Source of the DNA: Caldilineaceae bacterium
GTDB taxonomy: Bacteria > Chloroflexota > Anaerolineae > Caldilineales > Caldilineaceae
Assembly: GCA_034432375.1 (NCBI GenBank)
Contig: DAOUCA010000171.1
Coordinates: 1 to 64,000 of the forward strand
DNA: 64,000 bases
Reading direction: 5' to 3'
Within the stretch, counting starts at the first letter, position 1, and each line of letters starts with the position of its first letter. Positions 39,036 through 49,362 of this stretch are shown piece by piece. The position numbers were made by a program, and so were the translations under genes. The notes beneath the pieces were generated by a model, which was not told the DNA's origin, did not search any database, and worked only from the letters and a program-made list of their open reading frames with translations.

Positions 39036-39182
39036 TGACACTGTTGGCCTACCTTACGGAGTGGGATTAAAATCCCCTCCTAATACTGAGAAGTCGCCTC
39101 AGCGACTAGACTAGCGCCTGCAGGTGCTTCTCGTTGTTAGGGCAGGGTTTCAATCCTGTCTTAAGGTAGGCCAACTGTATCA
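39036..39182. mobile_element. MITE copy (147 bp) with 22-bp terminal inverted repeats TGACACTGTTGGCCTACCTTAC / TTAAGGTAGGCCAACTGTATCA and a 5-bp TSD TCTTG
   Basis: TIRs and flanking direct repeat read directly. It is inserted into a GACAAGATGA decamer satellite. Confidence 0.65.
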
Positions 39183-39263
39183 TCTTGTCATCTTGTCCTT
39201 CAGTCATCGTGTCATCTTATCCTCCCTTCATTCTCTTAAACTCAGCACGAAACGAAAACGAGT

Positions 39264-40139
39264 ATGACCAAACGTCTACGGGATTGCAGCGTTACCGTGA
39301 TTGGCCTCGGCCTCATGGGGGCAAGCCTTTGCCTTGATTTAAAAAAGGGAGCGCTCTGTCGCGAGGTGCGAGGGGTAGCACGGCGTACGGCGACTGTGCT
39401 GGAAGCGTTCTTTGCCGAGGCCGTTGATCTCGCCACCAACGATCCACACACCGGTGTTCTGGGCGCGGATATGGTGATTCTGGCGACGCCCGTGCGCACG
39501 ATTGTCAGTATGCTTGAGGAGATCGCACCCTATTTGCAACCCGGTACCGTTGTGATGGATATGGGCAGCACCAAGGCTGAAATTTGCGCGGCGATGGAGC
39601 ACCTGCCACCCGGCATCCAGCCGATTGGGGGCCACCCGATGTGTGGCAAAGAGACCGCCGGTTTTGAATCCGCCGAGACGGGGCTCTACCAGCGGGCGCC
39701 GTGGGTCTTGACGCCGCTGCCGCGCACCGGTGGGAGTGCCATTGCATTGGCAACTGAGTTAGCCGAAGCGGTCGGTGCACGGCCTTATGTCTTGGAAGCG
39801 GCGCGCCACGACCGGTTGGTGGCCAGCATTAGTCATTTACCTTTTCTACTCGCCAGTGCCCTTGTCCACGCCGTTGCTACAGTGGGCCAAGAGGATGAAG
39901 TCGTTTGGCAATTGGCGGCTGGCGGCTTTCGCGATACAAGTCGGGTCGCGGCCAGTGACACGCGTATGTTTATGGATATTCTCATGACCAATCGCAGCGC
40001 GGTGCTGGAACAGTTGGAGAGCTTTGCCGGGCAGGTTGATGAGTTGCGCAAGCTATTATACAACGGCGATGAGGAACAGCTGCGGGCAAAGTTGATGGTT
40101 TCGCAGGAGCAGCGGGCACGATGGAAGCAGCATAAATAA
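39264..40139 (+). CDS. tyrA: Prephenate/arogenate dehydrogenase
   Basis: N-terminal NAD-binding motif [13 protein letters not shown]; PDH domain. Confidence 0.85.
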   Translation: MTKRLRDCSVTVIGLGLMGASLCLDLKKGALCREVRGVARRTATVLEAFFAEAVDLATNDPHTGVLGADMVILATPVRTIVSMLEEIAPYLQPGTVVMDMGSTKAEICAAMEHLPPGIQPIGGHPMCGKETAGFESAETGLYQRAPWVLTPLPRTGGSAIALATELAEAVGARPYVLEAARHDRLVASISHLPFLLASALVHAVATVGQEDEVVWQLAAGGFRDTSRVAASDTRMFMDILMTNRSAVLEQLESFAGQVDELRKLLYNGDEEQLRAKLMVSQEQRARWKQHK

Positions 40140-40170
40140 TCAATAATCAATTGCTAATAATCAATTTTTA
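40134..40170. repeat. AT-rich CAATTG-centred palindromic motif (AATAATC..AATAATCAATTG) at the upstream edge of the four-helix-bundle gene; its inverted partner is at 40584-40602
   Basis: The revcomp of CAATTGATTATTGATTATT (40584-40602) is AATAATCAATAATCAATTG. The core ATAATCAATTGATTAT is a perfect palindrome. Confidence 0.6.
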
Positions 40171-40194
40171 ATGAATGCACAGGAGGCCCCCCGA

Positions 40195-40569
40195 ATGGCT
40201 AAAGGTGATGACATTTTAGAACGATTGATCGATTTTGCTGTGCGGATTATCAATGTTTGCAATCATTTACTAGCATCACCGGGAGGTAAACATATTGCAA
40301 ACCAATGGATGCGTAGCGGAACATCACCGGCACCTAATTATGCGGAAGCACGCAGTGCGGAGAGCAAGCGCGATTTTGTTCATAAACTCAAAATCTGTCT
40401 CAAGGCACTTAACGAAGCTGAAGTATGGCTACAGATCACCCAACGTAGCAATTTACTTGATAAAACGCAACTTACCGCAATTGTTGATGAGTGTAATCAA
40501 CTCTGCCGCATCATCAACGCCAGCATTAAAACTTCGCTGGCTACACCAAGTGCCGGTGAACACGGTTAA
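40195..40569 (+). CDS. Four-helix-bundle protein (TIGR02436 / 23S rRNA intervening-sequence protein family)
   Basis: I trimmed the start to the ATG at 40195, which has a perfect AGGAGG RBS. The family signature is ...NYAEARSAESKRDFVHKLKICLKALNEAEVWL.... It is bracketed by inverted AT-rich repeats. Confidence 0.75.
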   Translation: MAKGDDILERLIDFAVRIINVCNHLLASPGGKHIANQWMRSGTSPAPNYAEARSAESKRDFVHKLKICLKALNEAEVWLQITQRSNLLDKTQLTAIVDECNQLCRIINASIKTSLATPSAGEHG

Positions 40570-40618
40570 CAATTAAATATTAACAATTGATTATTGATTA
40601 TTCCAAAGGCTCTGATCC

Positions 40619-41929
40619 ATGACAACAATTAACCTAACTAGTGGCTCCCCCCTCACCGGCCAGTGTTCCGTCCCCGGTGACAAATCGATCAGCCACCGCG
40701 CGGTGATCTTTGGCAGCATTGCCGAGGGACAGACGACGGTGCGCAATTTTCTCGATGGCCACGACTGTCGGGCGACCGTTGCCGTCATGCGCGCGCTGGG
40801 CGTGGAGATCGAGGTGCCCACGCCCACGGAACTGGTGGTCCATGGACGGGGCATTGATGGACTACAAGAGCCCGCCGATGTCCTCAACTGCGCCAATTCT
40901 GGGACGACGATTCGCCTGCTGACCGGTCTGCTGGCCGGGCAACAGTTTCCTAGCTTCCTCAGTGGCACGGCGCAGCTGCGCCGTCGCCCGATGAATCGCG
41001 TTATCAATCCCCTGCGCGGCATGGGGGCCGATATCATGGGTCGTCAGAATGGCAACTATGCGCCACTTGGGATTCGCCCGGCGCGGCTGCGCAGTGTTGA
41101 ATATGAGATGCCAATGGCCAGTGCGCAGGTCAAGAGCTGTGTTCTGCTGGCCGGCATGTATGCCAAGGGCTTAACGATTATTCGTGAGCCGGGACCAACG
41201 CGTGACCATACCGAACGTCTGTTGCGAGCGATGGGCGCGCCGATTGACGTAATCGGTCACACCGTACACACCGAGCGTCCGACTAGCCCACTGCGGGGGA
41301 TCGAGGTCACCGTGCCCGGTGATATTTCATCGGCTGCCTTTTTGCTGGTTGCCGGCGCGATTGTGCCCGATAGCCGGATCACGATTGCCGGCGTCGGTGT
41401 TAACCCGACACGCACCGGGATTGTCGATGCCTTGCTGCAGATGGGGGCACAGATTACCTTTCACAATCAGCGCGAGCAGGCGGGCGAACCAGTGGCCGAT
41501 CTGGAAGTACGTTACAGCGAACTACGGGCGGCAACCTTTGGCGGCCCTGGCATTGTGACAATGATCGACGAGTTAATGGTGTTGGCCGTGGCCGCAACCC
41601 AAGCCAAAGGGCGAACTATTGTGAGAGATGCCGCCGAGTTACGCGTCAAGGAGACCGACCGCATTGCGTCGACGGTGGGCGAACTGCGCAAGATGGGGGC
41701 TAAGATCGAGCCGACGAGCGATGGCTTTATCATTGATGGACCGACCGAACTCAAGGGCGCGCCGGTCGAGAGTCAGGGCGATCATCGGCTGGCGATGGCG
41801 CTGGCCGTGGCGGGGTTGGTGGGCCAAGGCGAAACGACGATTTACGCCAGCGAAGTCACAGCGGACAGCTTCCCTGGGTTTGAAGTCACGTTACAGGCGT
41901 TGGGCGCAACGCTAAAGGTAGAGGAATAA
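40619..41929 (+). CDS. aroA: 3-phosphoshikimate 1-carboxyvinyltransferase (EPSP synthase)
   Basis: SVPGDKSISHRAVIFG..., LxxGxxGTxxR. Confidence 0.9.
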   Translation: MTTINLTSGSPLTGQCSVPGDKSISHRAVIFGSIAEGQTTVRNFLDGHDCRATVAVMRALGVEIEVPTPTELVVHGRGIDGLQEPADVLNCANSGTTIRLLTGLLAGQQFPSFLSGTAQLRRRPMNRVINPLRGMGADIMGRQNGNYAPLGIRPARLRSVEYEMPMASAQVKSCVLLAGMYAKGLTIIREPGPTRDHTERLLRAMGAPIDVIGHTVHTERPTSPLRGIEVTVPGDISSAAFLLVAGAIVPDSRITIAGVGVNPTRTGIVDALLQMGAQITFHNQREQAGEPVADLEVRYSELRAATFGGPGIVTMIDELMVLAVAATQAKGRTIVRDAAELRVKETDRIASTVGELRKMGAKIEPTSDGFIIDGPTELKGAPVESQGDHRLAMALAVAGLVGQGETTIYASEVTADSFPGFEVTLQALGATLKVEE

Positions 41930-41932
41930 CCG

Positions 41933-42808
41933 ATGGAGCTTACAGGAAAAACACAAATTGTTGGGGTGATTGGCTGGCCGGTGAGCCACAGCATCAGCCC
42001 GCCGATGCATAACGCAGCATTTCAAAAAATGGGGTTGGACTGGTGTTATATTCCCCTGCCCGTCTCGGCCACGAAACCAGAAACCGTCGGTGACGCCGTG
42101 TGCGGTCTGCCCGCGTTGGGCTTACGCGGGGCCAATGTCACCGTACCTCACAAGCAAACGGTGATTGAGCATTTGGATTGGTTAACCCCGGCCGCCCAAG
42201 CGATCGGCGCAGTCAACACGATTCGCGTCGAAGCCGATGGCACGCTCTCCGGCGACAACACGGATGCCCGTGGCTTTATCGCCGATCTGCGCGAACATGA
42301 GGTTGTATTGGCAGGAACGCGGGTTGTCGTCTTGGGGGCGGGCGGTTCAGCACGGGCGATTGTCTTTGGGCTGGCCGAGGCGGGGTGTGCATCGGTGGCG
42401 ATCCTCAATCGTACCGTGCAAAAGGCGCATGATCTGGCAATGGACATACGCGCCTTCTTTCCCTTCTGCCGCATCTCCGGCCACGCGCCCAAGGATCTAG
42501 CGTTCATGGCGAGCGAGGCAACCTTGATCGTCAACTGTACTTCGTTGGGGATGACGCCCCATGTGGAGACGACGCCGTGGGAGGAAGCGGTGGCGTTTCG
42601 TCCGGAACAGGTGGTCTATGATCTGGTCTACAATCCGCCACAGACGCGGCTGTTGCAAAAGGCGGCAGCGGATGGCGCGACGGCGATCAACGGGCTGGGC
42701 ATGTTGATCTGGCAGGGCGCGATTGCCTTTGAGCGCTGGACGGGACAGTTGCCGCCCGTTGATATAATGCGCACTGCGGTGGAAGCGATCTTTGCGCAGA
42801 GAAAGTAG
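41933..42808 (+). CDS. aroE: Shikimate dehydrogenase
   Basis: IGWPVSHSISPPMHN, and NVTVPHK. Confidence 0.9.
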   Translation: MELTGKTQIVGVIGWPVSHSISPPMHNAAFQKMGLDWCYIPLPVSATKPETVGDAVCGLPALGLRGANVTVPHKQTVIEHLDWLTPAAQAIGAVNTIRVEADGTLSGDNTDARGFIADLREHEVVLAGTRVVVLGAGGSARAIVFGLAEAGCASVAILNRTVQKAHDLAMDIRAFFPFCRISGHAPKDLAFMASEATLIVNCTSLGMTPHVETTPWEEAVAFRPEQVVYDLVYNPPQTRLLQKAAADGATAINGLGMLIWQGAIAFERWTGQLPPVDIMRTAVEAIFAQRK

Positions 42809-42826
42809 CGTATAGGGAGGTAACGC

Positions 42827-43303
42827 ATGGCAAAGGTACGTGAAGCAACAGTTGCTGATGCGGCGCTCATCTCAATGTTGAATGCCGATGTGCAAAAGCG
42901 CCACGCTGATGCATTGCCACATATTTTTAAACAGCCGTCGGCTGATACATTTCCACCAGCGACCATTGTCGAGCTGATAGCAGATCCCCGCCATCGCTTC
43001 TTCCTGGCCATGATTGATGAGGAAGCAGTCGGCTATGTTTGGGCCGAAATCCGTCATCGACCAGAAGATGGTGCGCTATTTGCGCGCAACACCATCATGG
43101 TTCACCATATTTCCGTTAAACCGATGCATCAGCACAATGGGCATGGTGAACGATTGTTGGCGGCGGTGAAAGGATTGGCACAAGAAGCGGGGATTGCGAC
43201 GATTCAGCTTGATACTTGGTCTTTCAACGCCGAAGCACAGCGATTTTTTAAACGCCAGGGATTTTCAATTTTCAACTATCGTCTATGGACGGAGGTGGCA
43301 TGA
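42827..43303 (+). CDS. GNAT-family N-acetyltransferase
   Basis: Acetyl-CoA motif ...HQHNGHGERLLAAV...; ~158 aa. Confidence 0.75.
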   Translation: MAKVREATVADAALISMLNADVQKRHADALPHIFKQPSADTFPPATIVELIADPRHRFFLAMIDEEAVGYVWAEIRHRPEDGALFARNTIMVHHISVKPMHQHNGHGERLLAAVKGLAQEAGIATIQLDTWSFNAEAQRFFKRQGFSIFNYRLWTEVA

Positions 43304-43529
43304 TCTACCAGCAGGAATGCAATCCCAGATCCTTTGCCTGTGGTATCATACACTTGCCACCAAATATGGCGAACCCAACCGTCTCCGTGCCTATGCCGTA
43401 ATCGCCAGCGGCTTTGACCGGCTCCTTTGGCGGGAGGCATTGGTGAGTTGAACATTTATCGCTCTGCGGGCTTCACCCAGAGGGTATCCGCTTTGCGAGA
43501 ACTACCCTTAACCAAACTGAGGACTTTTC

Positions 43530-44780
43530 ATGACTGAACCCACAACCAAACCCAAAACCAACTACAACGCCATGCCCGATGAGAGCGGCCACTTTGGCCC
43601 CTATGGCGGCAAATTTGTGCCAGAAACTTTGATGCCAGCGCTCGATGAACTGGAAGAAGCCTATCTCCAAGCGCGCAATGACAAATCATTTATGGAGGAG
43701 CTCGCTTACCTCCAACGCACCTTTATCGGTCGTCCCACACCGGTGACCTATGCGAAACGGCTCAGCGAACATCTGGGCGGCGCGCAGATCTATCTCAAGC
43801 GCGAGGATCTCGCCCACACCGGTGCGCACAAGATCAACAATGCACTCGGCCAGGCGCTGCTGATGAAGCGCAAGATGGGCAAAACGCGCATTGTTGCCGA
43901 GACGGGGGCCGGCCAACATGGCGTGGCGACGGCAACGGTCGCGGCGTGGCTGGGCATGGAGTGTGTCGTTTACATGGGCACCGTGGACATGGCGCGCCAA
44001 CAGCCAAATGTCTTCCGTATGCGCCTGCTCGGCACCGAAGTGCGCGGCGTTGAGAGTGGCAGCAAGACGCTCAAAGACGCCATCAACGAGGCGATTCGCG
44101 ATTGGGTCACCAACGTGCACGACACCCACTATCTACTTGGCAGTGTCCTCGGCCCACACCCCTACCCGGCGATGGTACGCGATTTCCAGAGCATCATCGG
44201 CTGCGAAGCGGTCTACCAGATGCGTGATCACGAAGATGGCCCCGGTCGGCTACCGGATGCGATCGTTGCCTGTGTCGGCGGTGGCAGCAATGCGATTGGC
44301 ATCTTTCACTCCTTCCTCGAATTTGAGCAGGTACGCCTAATCGGCGTTGAGGCCGGTGGCCACGGCATCGAAGGGGGCGAACATGCGGCCCGTTTCGCCG
44401 ATCCCAAGATAGGGCGAATTGGCGTCTTGCAGGGCACCAAGAGTTATGTGCTGCAAGATGAAGATGGCCAAATTGCCCTCACCCACAGCATCAGCGCCGG
44501 TCTCGATTATGCCAGCGTCGGTCCCGAACATGCCTGGCTACGCGACCTGGAGCGAACCGAATATACCTACGCCACCGATGACGAGGCGATGGCAGGCTTT
44601 CAGTTGCTCTGTCGATTAGAGGGGATCATCCCGGCGTTGGAGAGCTCGCACGCGATTGCCCATGCCATGAAGCTGGCACCAACGATGGGGAAGGATCAGA
44701 TTTTGCTGGTCAATTTGAGCGGGCGCGGCGATAAGGATCTGAATACGGTGATGGATGTGCTTGGGAATAATCAATTGTAA
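43530..44780 (+). CDS. trpB: Tryptophan synthase beta chain
   Basis: [13 protein letters not shown] (PLP-lysine), GGGSNAIG. Confidence 0.9.
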   Translation: MTEPTTKPKTNYNAMPDESGHFGPYGGKFVPETLMPALDELEEAYLQARNDKSFMEELAYLQRTFIGRPTPVTYAKRLSEHLGGAQIYLKREDLAHTGAHKINNALGQALLMKRKMGKTRIVAETGAGQHGVATATVAAWLGMECVVYMGTVDMARQQPNVFRMRLLGTEVRGVESGSKTLKDAINEAIRDWVTNVHDTHYLLGSVLGPHPYPAMVRDFQSIIGCEAVYQMRDHEDGPGRLPDAIVACVGGGSNAIGIFHSFLEFEQVRLIGVEAGGHGIEGGEHAARFADPKIGRIGVLQGTKSYVLQDEDGQIALTHSISAGLDYASVGPEHAWLRDLERTEYTYATDDEAMAGFQLLCRLEGIIPALESSHAIAHAMKLAPTMGKDQILLVNLSGRGDKDLNTVMDVLGNNQL

Positions 44781-44862
44781 ATTGACAATGGTTAATGCCT
44801 GCCATTCCCAATGCACAAAGCGCGGTTGAAACTTGAAAATTAGCAATTGATTATTGATTATT
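44767..44862. repeat. Inverted AT-rich repeats AATAATCAATTG (44767-44778, overlapping the last trpB codons) and CAATTGATTATTGATTATT (44844-44862) enclosing a 65-bp spacer between trpB and trpA
   Basis: Same motif as the one flanking the four-helix-bundle gene. Confidence 0.6.
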
Positions 44863-44872
44863 GGAGCTGACA

Positions 44873-45676
44873 ATGACCGGACTGGAGCGCATCAGCGCCG
44901 TCTTTACGAAAGCAAAACAGGAAAAACGGGCCGCCTTTATGCCCTATCATGCGATGGGCTATCCCAACCGCGCCATGACATTGGAGATGATCAAGGCCTT
45001 AGCCGACTCAGGCGCGGATCTCTTTGAGATCGGTCTGCCGCACAGCGATCCACTGGCGGATGGGCCGACGGTCCAAACGGCAACCTATACGGCCATCACC
45101 AATGGCACCACGGTCAAGGATTGCCTCGCCATGATGCGGGAGTTGCGCGCTGCTGGTGTGGATACCCCCTTCTGCGCCATGACCTATTACAACCCGCTCT
45201 TTGCCTATGGGATTACAAAGTTTGTTGAAGATGCGGTGATTGCGGGGGTTGATGGATTGATCGTGCCCGATCTGCCGCCGGAAGAGGCCGAGGAGATCCT
45301 TGCGACCTGCCAAGAGGCCGGATTGGCGACCATTTTCATGTTGGCACCAACCAGCACAGAAGAACGAATCAAGTTGATCGCCCGGCACGCCACTGGCTTT
45401 ATCTACCTTGTTAGCGTCACAGGCGTGACGGGTGCTCGTACCGAATTACCATCTGATCTAAAGCACTTCGTCCAACGCGTGCGCAAGCAGACCAATCTGC
45501 CGCTGGCGATTGGCTTTGGTATCGGCACCGCTGCACAGGCCGCCGAAGTGAGCGAAATTGCCGATGGAGTGATTGTCGGGTCGGCGTTGGTGAAGGCGGC
45601 AGGGAGCGCCGAGGGCGTGGCCGCTGTGCGGGCGTTGGGGGCCGAGTTAGCGGCAGGGGCGCATCGGGCGAGTTAG
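44873..45676 (+). CDS. trpA: Tryptophan synthase alpha chain
   Basis: I trimmed the start to the ATG at 44873 ([11 protein letters not shown]...); the ORF track starts at a TTG at 44861. TrpA motifs are present ([14 protein letters not shown]). Confidence 0.9.
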   Translation: MTGLERISAVFTKAKQEKRAAFMPYHAMGYPNRAMTLEMIKALADSGADLFEIGLPHSDPLADGPTVQTATYTAITNGTTVKDCLAMMRELRAAGVDTPFCAMTYYNPLFAYGITKFVEDAVIAGVDGLIVPDLPPEEAEEILATCQEAGLATIFMLAPTSTEERIKLIARHATGFIYLVSVTGVTGARTELPSDLKHFVQRVRKQTNLPLAIGFGIGTAAQAAEVSEIADGVIVGSALVKAAGSAEGVAAVRALGAELAAGAHRAS

Positions 45677-45748
45677 GACAAGATGAGGGGATGGCAAGAT
45701 GACAAAATATAATACACTCATCTTGTCTTCCTGTCATCCTGTCGAGCC

Positions 45749-47398
45749 CTACCCAGCGCGCACCACCGGACGCAGCTTCAGCGCAAATTGCAACGAAAAG
45801 CGCGCATCGGGATCGTCGAGATCCAACTGCGTGATCGTCGAGATCTGCTCTAGCCGGTAGGTAAGGGTGTTGCGGTGGATGTGAAGTTTGCTGGCGGTTT
45901 GGCTCAAGTTGCCGTGGCATTCAAAGAAGGCTTCGAGCGTCTGCACCAACTCGGCATTTTTGCTGTCATCATAGTTGAGGAGCCGGCCAAGCGTCTTGCG
46001 ATAGAAGCGCGCAGCCTCGTTGCTGTTGCCCAGCGTCGTCAGCAGTTGATAGAGGCCTAGATCGCCAAAATAGGTGACGGGTGCGCCCTTCCATTCCTTG
46101 CCCAGTCGCCAGCTTTCGCGTGCCTGTTGCTGGCTTTGCAGCCAGGTATTGGGCGAGACCCCCGGACGTCCAATGCCGATGATCACTTGCGCTTTTGGAT
46201 ATTGCGCCTGAATCTTGTCGGCGAGTGTGTTGGCAAGCCCTTTGAGATCACGTCCACTTTTGGGGTTATCGGTCGGCCAGAAGAGCAAAATGCCTTCGTC
46301 GCGTCGGCTCATGGGGACATTGACGGCTTGCTCCTTGACAAATCGAGTCAAAACCGCCGGCCATTCGGAAACATTTTTCGCTTCCACCATCCACGCCACG
46401 TGGGGTTTGGTCAGATCATAGCTGAGCGATGCCCCACGCTGAATCCAGGCCTGTTCATCGGCAATTTCTGAGGCCAACAACTCATCCACAAAGGCCGCCC
46501 GCATCCGCTCTTCAGCCATGCCAACGGCATTTAACTTAGCCCATTCCAAGGCCGCCGATGCAGCTCCCTGGCTAACGGCGATCTCTTCAACAGCGCTAAC
46601 TCCCTGGTTGACCGCGGCTTGTGGCCGTAGCAGCAAGCAGTAGCCGCGGATCGACTCCATGGCCATAATGGGTGTCACCACCGCTTGTGCAAAGCCTGCT
46701 GGGGCGCTGCCCCCATTGAGCAAAAGCGTCCCCACCATTTTGTTGAGCATTGTAACCGGCTGTGATGCCGCCCAACTACGCAACGTGGTCACATTGGGGA
46801 GACCATTAAGCAAGGCTTGGCGACGACTTTCCGGCAACTGTTCCAGCCCACTGTGGGTCGCAATTTGGCCATCTTCGCGCAAGAGAATCAACGGCTGCTG
46901 CACAAAATCGGCAATGTGTTCCGCAATCCGAAAAATACCACCCCCATCGAGCGCAATCTGGTTGAGTTCATGCTGTAGTTCCGCCGAACGTTGCGTAATG
47001 TAGCCGGCGCGATCGACAATCAGCCGAATGATCGCGCGCTCAGTCTGGACAAGCGGCGATGCGCTTGTTAGTTGAAAGAGGGCAATACGACTAGATTGGG
47101 CAACCTTAATGGTTTCATCTTCTACCTGACCCAAGACAGCAATTGCCGCAATACGGGCACTTTCCAAGCTGCGCACGACACGCGACAACGGCATTTTGGG
47201 ATCCAGCCGTCGTAACTCATCCATATCAATCAGGGCGATCTCGTTGCCATCTAATTTGGGGAAGGCGGGTGGGCTAGGGCGCAGACTACAAGCCCAACTA
47301 ACAGTGCGGTCAAGCAAATTCTCACCAACCAGCAATTTACTATCAGCCGGCAACGCTAAACGGTATATATCATCAAGTGTAACAGAGCTTTTGTACAT
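45749..47398 (-). CDS. PucR/CdaR-family transcriptional regulator (C-terminal PucR HTH)
   Basis: The C-terminal HTH is ASKLHIHRNTLTYRLEQI. I propose the ATG at 47398; the ORF track begins at a TTG at 47437. Confidence 0.7.
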   Translation of the reverse strand: MYKSSVTLDDIYRLALPADSKLLVGENLLDRTVSWACSLRPSPPAFPKLDGNEIALIDMDELRRLDPKMPLSRVVRSLESARIAAIAVLGQVEDETIKVAQSSRIALFQLTSASPLVQTERAIIRLIVDRAGYITQRSAELQHELNQIALDGGGIFRIAEHIADFVQQPLILLREDGQIATHSGLEQLPESRRQALLNGLPNVTTLRSWAASQPVTMLNKMVGTLLLNGGSAPAGFAQAVVTPIMAMESIRGYCLLLRPQAAVNQGVSAVEEIAVSQGAASAALEWAKLNAVGMAEERMRAAFVDELLASEIADEQAWIQRGASLSYDLTKPHVAWMVEAKNVSEWPAVLTRFVKEQAVNVPMSRRDEGILLFWPTDNPKSGRDLKGLANTLADKIQAQYPKAQVIIGIGRPGVSPNTWLQSQQQARESWRLGKEWKGAPVTYFGDLGLYQLLTTLGNSNEAARFYRKTLGRLLNYDDSKNAELVQTLEAFFECHGNLSQTASKLHIHRNTLTYRLEQISTITQLDLDDPDARFSLQFALKLRPVVRAG

Positions 47399-47718
47399 AT
47401 TGCCTAACTTACTAAACTTATTGTACAAATGTGTCAAAAGGGATTACGAATTTGCAGCAAGATGACACAGTGTAATCGCCAATTTGTGAATGTTCGTTAA
47501 TTCTGCCACCGCGAATCGTCTGAAAGCTGTATAAATAGGAGAAACAATGTACAGTCGATCCAACTATCAAGTCAATAGTATACACAATCTTTCCAAACTT
47601 GCGCAATTTCTCACAAGCGTGTTGTGCAACTTACACAAAAAGAGCAGTCCGCACCTTGGTTGAAATTATCTGCAGAGGTTTCGGAAAAGATAGATCAGCG
47701 GGCCATCCGCGCCCAATT

Positions 47719-47751
47719 AAAAAAGCGCGTGAGTTGACTCACGCGCTTTTC
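47719..47751. terminator. Bidirectional intrinsic terminator (AAAAA-AGCGCGTGAG-TTGA-CTCACGCGCT-TTTT)
   Basis: A 10-bp stem with A-tract and T-tract flanks. It lies downstream of membrane-protein gene 47858-48340. Confidence 0.75.
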
Positions 47752-47857
47752 TAAGAGACGGTAACCGTCATATCATGGCATATGGTGTTGCTACGACGGA
47801 TAATAGAAGTGGTTACAGCCTAATTAAACATGGGCAATTTCAAGGAAGAACAGTCGC

Positions 47858-48340
47858 TCAGTACTTTGCCCACGAGGTCATAATCGCAGCACAAGCACCC
47901 GCCCAAACCGCAAACAAGAGAATAAACCCAGCGGTAAACCAACTCGGATCCTGTCCCATGGTTGATGCCATTGCAAAAAAGACGGCGAAGCCAATAATCA
48001 GCGCAATGATGTTGCCAAGGAAGAGCTTGCCAATCGATTGGCTGCGGGTCAGTGCACCGACGAGTACCGGCCACAAGATGATGCCAATCACAGGGATCGC
48101 CCCAATAATCCCGCCGATCATACCGCCGATGCTACCGCCAATGCGCCCCGTGGCAAAGGCATAGCCCAACACTGGGCCGGCACCCGTCAAGAGCAGGGCC
48201 ACAACAAAGGGCACCAACTGATCCGATTGGAGGAAGAAACTTGCCGCATAGGCGATCACCGCGGTTAAGATGCCTGCATACACCGACGCTAGCCAAGGGT
48301 TACCCGACCGCGTTGCACTCATGGTTGTCAAGGGAATCAT
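47858..48340 (-). CDS. Small Gly-rich polytopic membrane protein (160 aa)
   Basis: ATG at 48340 with the RBS AGGAGAG. Four hydrophobic helices with GxxxG-rich segments. Confidence 0.7.
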   Translation of the reverse strand: MIPLTTMSATRSGNPWLASVYAGILTAVIAYAASFFLQSDQLVPFVVALLLTGAGPVLGYAFATGRIGGSIGGMIGGIIGAIPVIGIILWPVLVGALTRSQSIGKLFLGNIIALIIGFAVFFAMASTMGQDPSWFTAGFILLFAVWAGACAAIMTSWAKY

Positions 48341-48607
48341 TATTCTCTCCTATTGCGCTAATTTGTGTCCCCGATTACTGTGAAATCAATCGACCGTAAC
48401 CGCTTTAGACTCTTCAATAAAACGGCAGCTAGACAGTAACAGGCTCATTGATACACACAGTTGGCAGATGGGGTTAAATCACATGAAGGTTTCTAAATAA
48501 GATATACCATAAGAAGATAGAAACTGCAACCGAGGAATTGGGAGATAGGGAGATAGGGTGACTAGGTGACTAGGTGATAGACACGAACTTGTCTCCCTTT
48601 CACCCTG

Positions 48608-48914
48608 TGATGCTGTTGGCCTACCTTACAACAGGGTTAAAACCCTGCTCTATACTCAAATCAGAATGAAACCCCTAGTTTCGGCCAGCGTGCGTCGCAC
48701 TGACGGAAGCATCTAGCGGACTGGAAGCCGTTGGCGGTCAGTGCCACGCACGCGATCCCGTTGGTCCGCAAAACTCCGGTTCTCATTCTGAACGCAGTAT
48801 AACAACGACAAGCGCGCCCAAAGGGCACCCGCGGCGCTTCCCAGCCGCTGAGGCGGCTTCTCGCTGTCAGGAGGGGATTTAAATCCCACTCCGTAAGGTA
48901 GGCCAACAGTATCA
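48608..48914. mobile_element. Full-length MITE copy (307 bp) with 22-bp TIRs TGATGCTGTTGGCCTACCTTAC / GTAAGGTAGGCCAACAGTATCA and a 5-bp TSD CCCTG
   Basis: It has internal sub-terminal palindromes (CAGGGTTAAAACCCTG; GGGGATTTAAATCCC). The 55941 copy is an internal-deletion derivative. Confidence 0.7.
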
Positions 48915-48923
48915 CCCTGTCAC

Positions 48924-49361
48924 CTACCCACCCGGCAACTCGTCCCACTCGGCAAAGCTCCAGCCTTCGATCATCAGGTACATTTGTGGTTGGTGCTGTC
49001 GACTGAGCACAAAGACAAGCGCATCTTCTTCATCGACCGCAACTTCATCGAGCCACAGCTCTTGTTTAACGAGTTTGGTCAGCTGCTGTTGGATTGTCTG
49101 AAATCCGACCAACGGCTCTTGCGTTGGATCGGAAAAGCAGAGTACGCCATAAAGCTCAAAGTAAATGCCCCCATCTAAATAGAGATCCATGTCGACAGCA
49201 CTCTGTGTTGTCGGGTCGGTGGGAGTGCCTTCAAGGGTGTCCTGCAACACCTCTTCCCATATCTCCAGATGAACAATTTTCTGCCCCGCTAAATCGGCGA
49301 GTTCATCATACATTTCATCATCGACGATAGTGAAAAAATCAAAATCCTGATCGCGCGTCAT
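48924..49361 (-). CDS. Hypothetical acidic protein (145 aa)
   Basis: ORF only; no family recognised. Confidence 0.5.
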   Translation of the reverse strand: MTRDQDFDFFTIVDDEMYDELADLAGQKIVHLEIWEEVLQDTLEGTPTDPTTQSAVDMDLYLDGGIYFELYGVLCFSDPTQEPLVGFQTIQQQLTKLVKQELWLDEVAVDEEDALVFVLSRQHQPQMYLMIEGWSFAEWDELPGG

Positions 49362-49362
49362 C

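Noticed and set aside
43194-43451. 85-aa ORF overlapping the GNAT gene 3' end
   Set aside because: It is out-of-frame overlap with the GNAT gene; no signal.
43304-43529. Possible Trp leader or T-box upstream of trpB
   Set aside because: There are no tandem Trp codons and no recognisable T-box specifier or antiterminator elements.
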